From Gekko japonicus (Eukaryota), in NCBI RefSeq assembly GCF_001447785.1, contig NW_015162489.1, forward strand, positions 562,314 to 626,313: DNA of 64,000 nucleotides, in the 5' to 3' direction. How positions within the stretch are numbered: the first letter of the stretch is position 1; each line of letters begins with the position of its first letter. The translations under genes were made by a program, and so were the position numbers. The notes under the pieces are model-generated. The model worked only from the letters and a program-made list of their open reading frames with translations. It had not been told where the DNA came from and did not search any database. Of this stretch, positions 37,945-49,370 are shown one piece after another.

Positions 37945-38170
37945 TGCCAGTTTGTGGTTAAGAGCGGCGAACTCTAATCCAGGGTTTGATTCCCCACTCC
38001 TCCACATGAAGCCAGCTGGGTGACCTTGGGTCAGTCACAGTTCTCTCAGAACTCTCACAGCCCCACCCACCTCACAGGGTGTCTGTTGTGGGGAGAGGAA
38101 GGGAAGAAGATTGTAAGCCGCTCTGAGATTTCGAGTGACGGGCGGGGTATAACTCCAATCTTCTACTTCA
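37945..38170 (+). mobile_element. Squam3-like tRNA SINE
   Basis: gccagtttgtggttaag...tttgattccccactcctcc...gtaagccgctctgag...tccaatcttctacttc. Confidence 0.85.
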
Positions 38171-38714
38171 CATAACATGTTTTGCTAGCTATGGGTGGGA
38201 GGAGTAACCAACAGCCACACAAAAGCATTATACTGGAAGTCTACAGTCTATAACACAAGACTTTCTTCCTCAGTCTCTTCTCAGCCTTTAAGATTTCACT
38301 CCACAGTGTGCCCACTCTTATCTCCTGCAGCCATAAGGGCTAAACACTTTGCTTATATTTTTACTAAATTAAAGCAGAGATTCACCCAAGACGTGGAATC
38401 CTGTGTCAAATACATCAGTATTTCTACAGCAATCAGATATACAGAATACAGCCAAACGTGATGCATGGAGGATAACAGCAACATATACTTCAATATACGA
38501 AGATCGCTTATCCTGAAATGGATCATTGGTCCATCTCCCCCAATATTATTTGTTCTGATTGGCTGGGATTCTCCGGGCAGATGTCTTTTCCAACCCATCT
38601 ACCCAAGATATTTTTTTTCACTGCCAAGGACTGAATCTTGGACCTCCTGAAACCGAAGCACGTGCTCCAGCACTGAGCTGCACCCCTCCCCATCATGTGG
38701 TCACAACAGCTTAC

Positions 38715-38838
38715 CTTTCGTATCAGGCAGAAAGATGAGAGCAGATGGGTCATCCCAGTGCAACAGGCTCAGATAAGCTACCTCCCGGCTACAATTCTCC
38801 AGGGAGAACACCTGCCCATTTAGCTGCGTCCCCCTAAG
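38715..38838 (-). CDS. CARD10: CARD10 PDZ C-terminal exon (~13)
   Basis: gtttctgtggcag|CTT AGG...AAA G|gtaagc; LRGTQLNGQVFSLENCSREVAYLSLLHWDDPSALIFLPDTK; 124 nt, phase 0 to 1. Confidence 0.9.
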
Positions 38839-39354
38839 CTGCCACAGAAACACACACAGAAAGGAGATGCATGGATCAGTCACCATTTGGCCCATGATAT
38901 TTTCACTTCAAATTCATGCCATTTCAGGTTGATAAAGATCTACCTGTAAAGATCTCTCTATAAACAGTACTAGATGAGGCTGATCCATGTGAGCAGATTT
39001 CACTCTGACAAGAGATCTTACATAGGCTGCTGCTGGGTTCTAATGGAGGAGTGGGGGGACCCTTTAGGAGCACCCCAATCCAGGCATACCTCCTAGAGCT
39101 GCCAAAATAGGATTCGGGCCTCTGTTCAGTGGTGGAGCCTAGGAACTATGCATTGATCAATGGTAACCCCATATTTAACTGTCTGCAAGGGTTCCAACTG
39201 AGGTCAGAATCTGAGAGGGTAAGCAATTTGGTTCACAGGTGGCACTGAGAGCTGATGTAGTATAGCAGCCCAGGGTCTGAGCTACAATTCAGGAAAGCTC
39301 CTGGTTCAAACCTTGCCTCTGCTATGAACTCATTAAATAGCAAGCTCTTGAGGC

Positions 39355-39877
39355 AAGTACTTGAAAGGGCTGTCATAGAGAGGATGGCACAGAGTTGTTT
39401 TCTGTTGCCCCAGAAAGTTGGACCAGAACCAACGGGTTGAAATTAAATCAAAAGAGTTTTTGGCTAAACATTTGGATGAACTGCCTGACAGTTAGAGCAA
39501 TTCCTCAGTGGAACAGGCTCCCTTGGGAAATAGTGGGCTCTCCTTCTTTGGCCATCTGACAGCAATGCGGATTCTGTGAATTTAGGCATATCATGAGAGG
39601 GAGGGGCAAGAAGGGTTGCATCAGTGCTTATTTCTAGTGGCCCTTTCTTACACGCCCAGGATAATGCCGATCACCACTCTGGGGTCAGGAAGCAATCTTC
39701 ACCAGGCCAGTTTGGCTGGGGATCCTGGAGGCTTTTTTGTCATCTTCTGGACATGGAGCAGGGGTCACTGGGTGTGTGCATGGGGGGAAAGTAGTAGTGA
39801 ATTTCCTTCACTGTGCAGGGGGTTGGACTAGATGACCCTGGAGGTCCCTTCCAACTCACTGATTCTATGATTCTATG
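39355..39877 (+). mobile_element. CR1 LINE 3' end
   Basis: ends gggttggactagatgacc...ggtcccttccaactc...gattctatgattctatg, the canonical CR1 tail. Confidence 0.88.
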
Positions 39878-40338
39878 TCTCCAGCCCTCCCCCACCCCTA
39901 TCTACAATATGGGGACAATAATACTGGAACTAATTTACAGAGAGATTGAACAGATGTCTAAGACAACGTAACTGAAGAAATATAGAAAATGCTAAGCCGT
40001 GTTATTAGAATTGTTTTAATTGCATACAGTCAAACTTTTGGGACAAAAAAGGCATGACAATAAGCTCCTTCCCAAATCCCCAGCCTGCCCCAGGACACGA
40101 TTCCAGTCTTTCAAGATACTCATCTTAGAAATGATAAGATTTGCAATGTATCTCTCAGCCACTAGGTGTCATTCGGTATTATATATCAGCACTCTAAGCA
40201 GGGTGAGCTCCTAGCAAACCACAGGAGACAAAATGGAGCCACCCCTTCACTTACGATTACACGGCCGTCTCCCCCTCCCACCCCACCCCATGTCTTCCTG
40301 CACAGGTGTTAATTGCAATTCCACACATTCATTCATAC

Positions 40339-40519
40339 CTCTAGGAGCCGGTATCCCTCTCGAAGTCCTGCCCTCTCAGCTTCAGAACCTGGCCTCACCC
40401 ACTGAACAAAAATCCCAGTCCTGTTTCCTCCAAGGATGGAGATATCCCCGGCGAGTCCCCTGCTTGGAGGCACTGGAGCGCTCGGCTGACCTGCACCAGG
40501 CAACTGTACCACCACAGAT
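40339..40519 (-). CDS. CARD10: CARD10 PDZ exon (~12)
   Basis: tttttgttcctattcag|A TCT GTG...CTA GAG|gtatga; [35 protein letters not shown]; 181 nt, phase 2 to 0. Confidence 0.92.
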
Positions 40520-40621
40520 CTGAATAGGAACAAAAAGGAACTGCAACAACTGGAATTCTGACTCCAACATCTTTGCACAGGACGTCATTCTCTGCCTCAA
40601 CTACCATATAATAAGGGTCAC

Positions 40622-40658
40622 CGTAAGCCACAGGTGGCTGTGCTACCGCTAACTTGGT
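40622..40658 (-). CDS. CARD10: Candidate CARD10 37-nt micro-exon restoring the frame between linker and PDZ exons
   Basis: gtcctgtcgctcag|AC CAA GTT AGC GGT AGC ACA GCC ACC TGT GGC TTA CG|gtgacc = DQVSGSTATCGLR; phase 1 to 2 as required; with it the in-window CDS is 2418 nt (divisible by 3). Confidence 0.4.
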
Positions 40659-41011
40659 CTGAGCGACAGGACATGTGTTGCAGTTCCGACTAAACCGTCA
40701 ACATTCTCATCCTGCACTGGGCCAAGCTTATGCCTTGGATAAAACTTCAAAAGGGCCACTGGACTCGAGCTTTGTTCTGCTGCTTCAGATCAATATGCAG
40801 GATAGTTCATTACGGAAGCCCCATCTAGGATGCCTGAATTCAAGGAGTTACCCCCAGAAAATACTGATGGCCAGTGCAGAGGGTTAGTGTTAGACCAGGA
40901 TCTGGGAGGCCCAGGTTCAAATCCCCACCCTGCCACGGAAGTTGGCTGGGTAAAGTAGGGCCAGCTGCACATGCTCAGCCTAAGCTACCCGAGCGGGTTG
41001 TTATGAGGATC

Positions 41012-41405
41012 CAGGGCTCTTTTTGTAGAAAAAGCCCAGCAGGAACTCATTAGCATAATAGGCCACACTCAACAACAGGAGCTCATTAGCATATTAGGCC
41101 ACACCCTAGACAGCACAGCACATTAGCACATTAGGCCACACCCCCATGTTACCAGAAGTATGGTTATCCAGCCACACCCACCTTTTGCTTGTTATTCTGT
41201 TTACCTTGTTTGTTGTCAAAACCCAGGGCTTTTTTGTAGCAGGAACTCCTTTGCATGTTAGGCCACACACCCCTAATGTAGCCAATCCTAATGAGTTTCT
41301 GCTGTTGGGCGTGGCCTATTATGCTAATGAGTTCTTGCTGGGCGTGGCCAACTTGGGAGCCAGCTGGAACTCCGTTCCTGTGCGTTCCTCCCAAAAATAG
41401 CCCTG
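41012..41405. mobile_element. hAT-type composite MITE, copy 2, inserted in an older SINE
   Basis: collinear with and highly similar to 1934-2327; TSD aggataac on the right, with a 2-nt deletion in the left copy. Confidence 0.88.
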
Positions 41406-41481
41406 AGGATAACCCAGGCAATGGGAGAATCAGCATTAATTCTACACTGTTAATTCAAAGGGGGGGGGGAGGCAAGCATAC

Positions 41482-41604
41482 CCCTTCTGGGAAACCCTGG
41501 CTGGACAGAAGTGCTGGACAAGCAAATGTCTGACTTGGCCCTGGTGTGCGCACTGATGGAAGAAGAGGGCGATTTGGCAGATGAGACCGTGGTCGTAATG
41601 CTTC
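41482..41604 (-). CDS. CARD10: CARD10 Ser-rich linker exon (~11, 123 nt)
   Basis: ccttctatctgtttag|GA AGC ATT...AGA AGG G|gtatgc; GSITTTVSSAKSPSSSISAHTRAKSDICLSSTSVQPGFPRR; phase 1/1; 3' boundary uncertain (see findings). Confidence 0.75.
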
Positions 41605-42514
41605 CTAAACAGATAGAAGGATCAAGATTATCACTACTGTAGAAAACATCTGAGGGTTTGGGGCTGCTCAGCACCCCCTTTGACCCAAAGAGTGTTTGTG
41701 AGTTTCAGACTGCAGCTCTGACAGAGACAGGACAGGAAACATGCACACCTGCGTCCCGAAAATGGTACTCCATGTGGACTATTTCCCACTCTCCCACCCT
41801 CACCCCATGATTGCACTGTTTAAGATGACACCAGTCGTGCACAATGGGAAAGCATCACCCAGGAAGACGCAGCAAGGTTTAAAGAACATCCTCGGTTCCT
41901 GAGAATTCAGCATTAAGCACAGGCAGAAACCTAAACTGGACCCCCAACGATCCCTGGACCAAAGGTTCAGAAATGCCTACATAAGAGGCCAACAGGGAAA
42001 ACCTGGATTATGAGGCAAGTCTCCCCCCCCCCCCCCGGTTCCTGGACTGCAGAAGCGGGGGAGGCTTTGAACGTGTGCCAGTTCTCCCAGGGAGGTACAT
42101 TGGTAGAATATGCCACAAATCTAGCCGAGTCTGAGATATACAGTGGGACATACTCTAGAGATTTACAGCCTGTCACCAACAGCCGATAACAGCCCGAAGC
42201 AAAGACATTTATCTCTTCTGGTTCCTACTCCTCTGAAGCTGAATCGAATTCACTGTCAAATAAACCCCTATATAAATTAACCACACCGGTCTGGAATGGC
42301 CTAAAAACTAAGCACACGCATGCCTGCCTGCCGTGGGTTGACCCCCTGGAGGTGCTACCTGAGCTGGCAGAAGTAGTATGGGGTAAGGGGGCCCCCTAGT
42401 GGGCATATGGTCTTGCAGCTAGTTTGGCAGAAGGAAGCCCCTCCCCAGTTCCTCCCCAGTTTATTCACACAGCATTCAAGGAACTCATAATAGATAAACC
42501 ACAGCTGGCAATAC

Positions 42515-42555
42515 CTGTTAAGTCTTCCATGCTCCCAAAGGACCCATAAGACTGA
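42515..42555 (-). CDS. CARD10: CARD10 small linker exon (~10, 41 nt)
   Basis: long pyrimidine tract ...ttttgtgccctcag|T CAG TCT TAT GGG TCC TTT GGG AGC ATG GAA GAC TTA ACA G|gtattg = SQSYGSFGSMEDLTG, like human SFSSMSDITG; phase 2 to 1. Confidence 0.85.
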
Positions 42556-43887
42556 CTGAGGGCACAAAAGAAACACAGAAAGGAAGATATTAATTAAAAT
42601 ACTCAAACCGTTCTTCAAAAAATAATTTTGTGCCCACCCTTTCTCTATACGTATCAGTACCAGATAGTCAGGGGTCAGATCTGCTCCACTTCAAAGATGG
42701 AATCACATCAGCACCATTTCCTGAACTCATCACTGCCTTGAACTTCACTACAGCAGCTTTGATTGGTCAGACTGTTCTCAGCCACCCTCTCAGTCTTCTC
42801 CTCACCGCCAGTGTTTGGCCTTCAAAAAATACTCTCTCTCATCCTGACCTGGATAGCCCAGGCAAGCCTGATCTTGTCAGATCTTGGAAACTAAGCAGGG
42901 TCAACTCTGGGAAGTACCTGGATGAGAGACCTCCTTGAAATACCAGAAGTCAGGAGGAGGGGACAGGCTTTATTCTCTCTGAATATCCTCCAGGCCCACA
43001 GTAGGGGTCAGTTACCAGAGGTCACCATGACTTCCAGGTGCACACACAGTCAGTCACCAGAGGTCGCCAAGAGTTCCAGGTACACCCTCTCACTCTGCAA
43101 GCAGCACACTTCTCATCCCCCAGCTACATTCCCGCGATTGGTACTTCCACTCCTTTCTCCCACATTCATGCACTTGTAGGCTTCTCCTTAAGACAATGCA
43201 TCCTCACGACCAGTTTACAATACCCTTTCTTTGACCGGCAACCCTCCATTCCCCAGCTTGGAGTTCCCATTTGTTGTCTCTAAAGCCAATACAGAAGAAG
43301 AAGAGAAGAGATTGGATTTATACCCCGCCCTTCACTACCCAAAGGTGTCTCAGAGCGGCTTACAAACTCCTTTCCCTTCCCCTCCCCACAAGAGACACCC
43401 CGTGAGGTACACCGAAACAAAGAGTGCTTAAGCATACAACCCAACAGGTGACATCACCAACCCAAGCTTGGTAAATTCCTGGAGATTTGGGGGGCTGTGC
43501 ATGGGGAGGGGAGCAAGTTCAGCCAAGGTTAATGCCATGAAGTCCCTCCTCCAAAGCTGCCGCTTCATACAGATGAACTGATCTCTGTAGCCTGGAGATC
43601 AGTTCTAATTCCAGGAGAACTCCAGGACCAGGCCCCACCTGGAACTTGGTAACTCTACGAGCAGGCTTGGGTACCTCCTTTTACAGGCCTCTCAACCAAG
43701 GATCACTGGAACCCCAACTGCAGCAAAATACCAATACATTGGCTGAAGAAACTGATTTGGGAATGAAGTCAGTACCCCAAGGCATGCTGCATGGCTCCTG
43801 AGGCACTGGACCTGAGGGACAAAATTCAGGATGCTCACAGGGAGGAATTTCACAGCAGCACAGAAGGCCTGGGAGCCCAGATATTAC

Positions 43888-44003
43888 CTCTTGGAGTGCA
43901 TCCATCCATTTTCACGTTGCCTTCGAAGTATGGAGCCAGCACAGGGTGGGAAGGGAAAGATGGAAAGGCGGTTAATTTCCTTCTCTCTGTCTGGAGTCAC
44001 TTC
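43888..44003 (-). CDS. CARD10: CARD10 linker exon (~9)
   Basis: cttcttaacag|GAA GTG...AAG AG|gtaata; EVTPDREKEINRLSIFPFPPCAGSILRRQRE; 116 nt, phase 0 to 2. Confidence 0.94.
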
Positions 44004-46849
44004 CTGTTAAGAAGGGAAAAAAGGTTTCAAAACAGATCTTCTCATTTCACTCTCTTCATGTTCCTTCTCATACTATGATTTTTTTAAAAAAAATCTGTTG
44101 ATCATATGAATTTAATCTACATTACATACAGTTTTTGAAGGTAGATGATGCATGCAGTTAGCAGAAGAGGCATTCCATTCCCTGGCATGTGTGTGAGAGA
44201 AGGGGAAATACCTCTTATATAAAGATGGCACTAGTCACTTTTTTGTTCTTTTTTTTTTTGGCAAGAACTTGCATTAAAACCCTCTAAGACTGGCTGCCTG
44301 ATAAAGTCAAGGGCACCTTCTGAAATTGATCTCTGTAACATACTGAACTGCAAACATGAAAGGAGAAGTTCATGTGGATCAATTATTTATGTTAAATCAC
44401 ACTAACGCTATAATTTATGGTAGATTTCAAAGAGGAAAGGCAAATGCATAACAGTACCTTATGGTCCTAATCTAATTGTATTAAACCCAATTTTAAAAAG
44501 GAAAAACACAGCAACTCAACATAAAATCATGAGCTGTGAAATAAAACCAAACTATAGGAAAGCGGTATTTATTCAGTATATTCACAGCCCACCTTACATG
44601 TCCTTCTGATTTATTTATTTCCCATTGCAGAACTGCAAGTCTGCAACTGCAGAATCCTATACAGCCTGGAGTGATAAGTCCTGTCCTCCTTGAATCCACA
44701 TAGAATTAATAGTTGTTGTGAGGTAATTGGGGGGCTAGAAAAAGCAACAACCATTCTTTTGCTACATGCTCTTCCTTTTCAGGCTCAGCGGGATTTCAGC
44801 TAGAAGCACAGAGTTAAATGAGCAGCTTGCTTGCTTATTTCTACCCAAAAGATACAGCCGCAGATACTTAAAATATAAGCTAGAAATATAGTCTTCCATG
44901 CAAGAATTCAGTTGTCAGCAACTCGCCTGACAGCCAAGCCAATTCAGAGCAAAATAGGGGGCAAGGAGCCAAGCCCCACTGCCCTTCTGCTCTTTATTCT
45001 GCTGCCGTCACCAGCACATTCACAGCCAACTGAAAAGCTCCAGACCACCACACTGGCTGTTCGGGGAAGGGGAAACTCCAAGAAGCCCATTGGATTGCAA
45101 TCAAATTCGTTTCTGGAAAACTTCCCTCCATCTGAGAGCCAGCTGTGAGGAGAACATTGGCTGCAGCTATTTGGGCTCCTTTTAGAAAAGCATGGAAAAG
45201 AATGGGAGGCCAATGGACAGTTGGGCTGTTGGCCCAACATTCTGCGATGAGGCTAAATTTTGCAAATGTAACGTATATGCTTCACTCTACTTGCCACTGA
45301 CCCACCTAAAGGATTGAAATGGGGTGGGGTGGGGGTCTGGATACAAAGAATGTGTGTGTCCTAAGAAATGGATGAACCCCACAACTCCGATTTCCATTCC
45401 TTCTAACTTCAAATTTTCCCAAGATTTTCGCCCAAACCATAAAGGCTTTATGTTACAAAGGTCCTACCTGAGTTTACATCTTGCATGATTTTAAAACAAG
45501 CCAGCTCACAGGATGCATAGGATCATACGCACAGTGAAGAGTAGTCTCCATCATCTCACATGCCAGCCCCACCCCCAGGATCAGCACGCACCCACTTGGT
45601 TGCATCGCATGCAGGTGGAGTGAAATCCAATGCATGCAAGCTCTGCAGATACGGTGGAAACCCTAGATTAAATGTAGACGTTTCAGTTGCATGGAAGAAA
45701 AACTAAGGAAATGCAATTTGGCCAAGTCTGTCCTTATTTTTTTAATTGATTACATTTATACCCCGCCCTGCCAGCCCTAATGCCACCAGGATGTGGGGAG
45801 TAAAGAACTCTGTCCTCTCACTTCCTGCTCTTCACTACAAAGAGGGACGGCTTATTGTACTGACTGAATTAAACGCTACAGATACTCTGGCAACAATTTT
45901 TATTTGATACATGGGGGATTTTCCTTATTTATACCCCACTTCCAAGAATACAGGGCGGCTAACAGAACTTTAATTATATATAAGAATCTGTGTCATAAAA
46001 GGGTCATAAAATGCACAGTACATAAATGGGCCCAGCAGGAGATATGAGAAGTTTTTTTTTTAAGTTGAACTCAGAACTTGCTCAGAGCACTTCGGATACT
46101 CTATTTCAGGGGTCTTCCCATCAATCTGTAAGAAGTGTTAATGCCATGATTCTCCTATTTCAGGGGAAGGGCATGCCTAAAACCACACCAATGAACTGAT
46201 GGCTGAGGTGACATTTGAATCTGGGCCTTCCTGTGTCGCAGGTCACACTCACGCAGCCTGGACCTATGCCTGGACCTATGCAAGTTTACTCAGAAGGAAA
46301 TTCCACTGATCTTAGTGGGGCTTGTTCCCAAGCAGGTATGCACAGGTTTGCAGCTCCAGCTCTCTACAGACTAGATTTTGGTTGCTTGTTTTGCAGCCAC
46401 AGCTGGGCAGGTCTCTACACTTCCTAAGTAACAGCAAAAACCACAGCAAGATATTTACTTGTCCACTGGGGGAACAGAAAAGAAAAGAATAAGCTATTTT
46501 TCCAATAAGAAAGAATAACTAGATGAGTTGGAGGGGGAGGTCACATTTTCATCATAACATGGGTCACAAAGGGTTGTCATATTTTGCTCTTGCTGAAACA
46601 AAAACAAACCCAGAGCCTTGTCTTCTGCCCTCACTTCTTAACTCTTGGGGAGGGTTTCCAGCTCATGGTGACCCTAGACAAAACCTCTAGTCATCCCAGG
46701 GTGCATTTCCCCCCACACTTCGGAAGAAAAAGAAAATAGGGCCGGGAAAACCTGCCAACTCCCACTGATACTGGCAGGTTTGCCCAGTTCCTTCTAGGTA
46801 GCTGGGACACACAAACGCAAAACAGCATTCAGGGTCACTAAAGCCTCAC

Positions 46850-46996
46850 CGCTTTCTGGTTTATGTAGTCCTCAGATAAGACAACATCCAGGACATCAGA
46901 TGTATCTACAACTCCGTCCTCTAGGATGGAAGGCTTCTCAACAATGCTCCAGGTGCTGCTTAGGATGGAACAGAGTGAATGGGAGGAGGAACACAT
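46850..46996 (-). CDS. CARD10: CARD10 linker exon (~8)
   Basis: ctcccctag|ATG TGT TCC...AAA GCG|gtgagg; MCSSSHSLCSILSSTWSIVEKPS...; 147 nt, phase 0/0; not in the ORF track. Confidence 0.9.
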
Positions 46997-47159
46997 CTAG
47001 GGGAGGGAAAAAATAAAAAGATGCCTCAGTATGCTAGATGATTCCTATTTGATGAGGCTTTCCTTTACCTGGAAGCCACACCTTTCAAGACAGAAGCCCG
47101 TTGTGGACAGAAATGTGCATCCATCATGGATAATCCTGCTCCCGTCACCCAAGATTCCA

Positions 47160-47965
47160 GCTGGATTAGACCAGTGGTCCATGTAGTCCAGCATCCTGTC
47201 TCACACAGTGGCCAACCAGTTCCTCTGGAGGTCCAACAACACAGTATAGAGGCCGAGCCCTTCCCTTGATGTTGCCTCCTGAGTGGTAGTCAGAGGTTTA
47301 CTGCCTCTGAATATGGAGACTCCCTTTAGTCACCACGGTTAGTAGCCACTGATAGTCTATGGCTATGACCGTCACTACATCCTCTGACGGCAAGTGCCAT
47401 ATTTTAACCACTCTTCATGTAAAGAAATATGCCTTTTTGTCTGTCCTGAATCTACTGCCCAACAGCTTCACTGGATGCCCTACTATTTTGGGAGAGGGAA
47501 AAAAAGTTCCCTTGTCAACCCCCTCCACCCCGTGCATCATTTTATAAACCTCTGTCATGTCCCCCACTTAGTTGTCTCTTATCTAAACTGAAAAGCCCCA
47601 GACTCTTCAGCCTTTCCTCACAAGGAAGGTGCTCCAACCCCCTCATCATCCTGCTTGGCCTCTTCTGTACTTTTCCCAGCTCTGCAATGTCCTTTTTGAG
47701 ATACGGTGACCAGAACTGCACACAGGATTCCAAATGAGGCTATACCATAGATCTATACAAGGGACATTATAATACTGACCATTTTTTCCACAGTCCCTTT
47801 CCTAATAATCCCCAACAAAGAGCTTGACTTTTTCAACCACTGCAACAAACTGGGTTAACACTTTCATTGAGCTATCTGCTACAATACCACAATCTTTTCC
47901 CCTCTCAGCCTCAGCAAGTTCAGACTCCATTAGCCTATACCTGAAGTTGGGATTTTTTTGTTCCA
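47160..47965 (-). mobile_element. Degenerate CR1 3' fragment
   Basis: [52 protein letters not shown]. Confidence 0.85.
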
Positions 47966-48160
47966 TGCCACCACCTTTGACTCCCTTAAGCTATTGTCGG
48001 TCTCCAGCTATGCTTGTTCCGCTGCAGTAAAACAAAAACCTGCTGCCGTTCCCTCTTATTACCCCAATTTCAATCCAAGAAGTCCCAGCCTGTCTTCCTC
48101 TCCCTCCCTCTGAAAGAGCCACCCTTCCTTTGTACAAGAACCTCCCACTGTTAAACTCAC

Positions 48161-48358
48161 CTTCTTGCCCAAGGCCCTGGTGCAATGGCATCGCTGCAGC
48201 TGGGCCTCTAGTGTGTTGATCTTGCCTTCTGCCTGGGTCAGTTTGCTCAGCAACTCATCCCTCTCCTCTTCCAAGGCCCGGACACGTTTGCGGTACTGGT
48301 CCTTCTCAACAAGGCTTTGGGAGTACTGCACCTGAATGCCATCTCGGCTCTGGATTGC
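48161..48358 (-). CDS. CARD10: CARD10 coiled-coil exon (~7)
   Basis: cgtttag|GCA ATC CAG...AAG AAG|gtgagt; AIQSRDGIQVQYSQSLVEKDQYRKRVRALEEERDELL...; 198 nt. Confidence 0.96.
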
Positions 48359-48812
48359 CTAAACGAAACACCATGCTAAAGCGGAGGAGGTAGTGGGGAA
48401 TATCCTTGGGTCAGGTGGGATTACGGACAGAACACTGGTGCGTGCAAGGTTTTTTTTTTTTTTAAATCCTAAATTCTGCATTCTGAATTATGCAAATTAA
48501 ACAACTTTGCATACTTTTTTCCCTTGCAGAATTGTCTCTGCTTTTGGAGCAGGGGACAGAGGCTACTGAAAGTAATACAGCCTACACTTAACTACTGGCA
48601 GTCTTCTTCAGACCATTTAGGGGAAGACGGAAGCCATTTATAGAGAAGGAACAGGCTTCAGTATATGCCAAGCAGGTCACACTAAAAGGGGGGGGGGGCA
48701 CTAGAAGGTGCCAGCCAGAAAACCAAAGTTGATGCACAGAGATACATGGGAAGAAATTAAGAGTTGCCAACAGGACCAAAGAAAAATGTCCTGCCCCTTT
48801 AATAGAGACAAT

Positions 48813-48955
48813 GGCTGCGGTCACCCACACTAAATAATCCACTTTCAGTGCACTTTCAGATTGGATTTTGCCAGTTCACAAAATAGTAAAATCCAGTTAA
48901 AAAGTGCACTGAAAGTGGATTGAAAGTGGATTATTTAGTGTGGGTGACCACAGCC
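48813..48955. mobile_element. PIF/Harbinger-like palindromic MITE (143 bp)
   Basis: 35-bp arms ggctgcggtcacccacactaaataatccactttca / tgaaagtggattatttagtgtgggtgaccacagcc (1 mismatch); 3-bp TSD aat. Confidence 0.8.
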
Positions 48956-49244
48956 AATGTGTGCGGAAATGGGCAGCTGAAACTTTTTAGACACGGAGGT
49001 AAATAACATTAGCTGGTAAACAACATCTCATTAAGCTTCTGTTAAAGAGACAGGACCCCCCCCCCCCCGGCAGTTAGAGAAATGGTCCTTCAGATGCATC
49101 ACCTGGCATACTGTGGGATGGAGCAATAAGGGACTGGCCAGTACGACAATGTAAAGACCTGACCTTTCCTACTGCATGATTCAGCCATCTAGCTGGGACT
49201 CAAATTCCAGGGGAAAGAATGGGCCCCTGAAAGAGGTAACTCAC

Positions 49245-49370
49245 CTGATCTCTTTCCTTCTCAATCTCCTCCAACTGAGACAGCACAGTATTCATTCTGT
49301 GCTTGTACAGGTCACAGTTCTTCTGCAGAGTCTGGTACTTCAGCTGGAGGATCTCCGCCTCCTGCAGGTA
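49245..49370 (-). CDS. CARD10: CARD10 coiled-coil exon (~6)
   Basis: ttctcag|TAC CTG...GAT CAG|gtgagt; [42 protein letters not shown]; 126 nt. Confidence 0.96.

Noticed and set aside
42690-42820. Possible extra phase-2 CARD10 exon (PNTGGEEKTERVAENSL...)
   Set aside because: Weak acceptor, no good donor before an in-frame TGA, no homology; the 41-nt exon at 42555-42515 fits better
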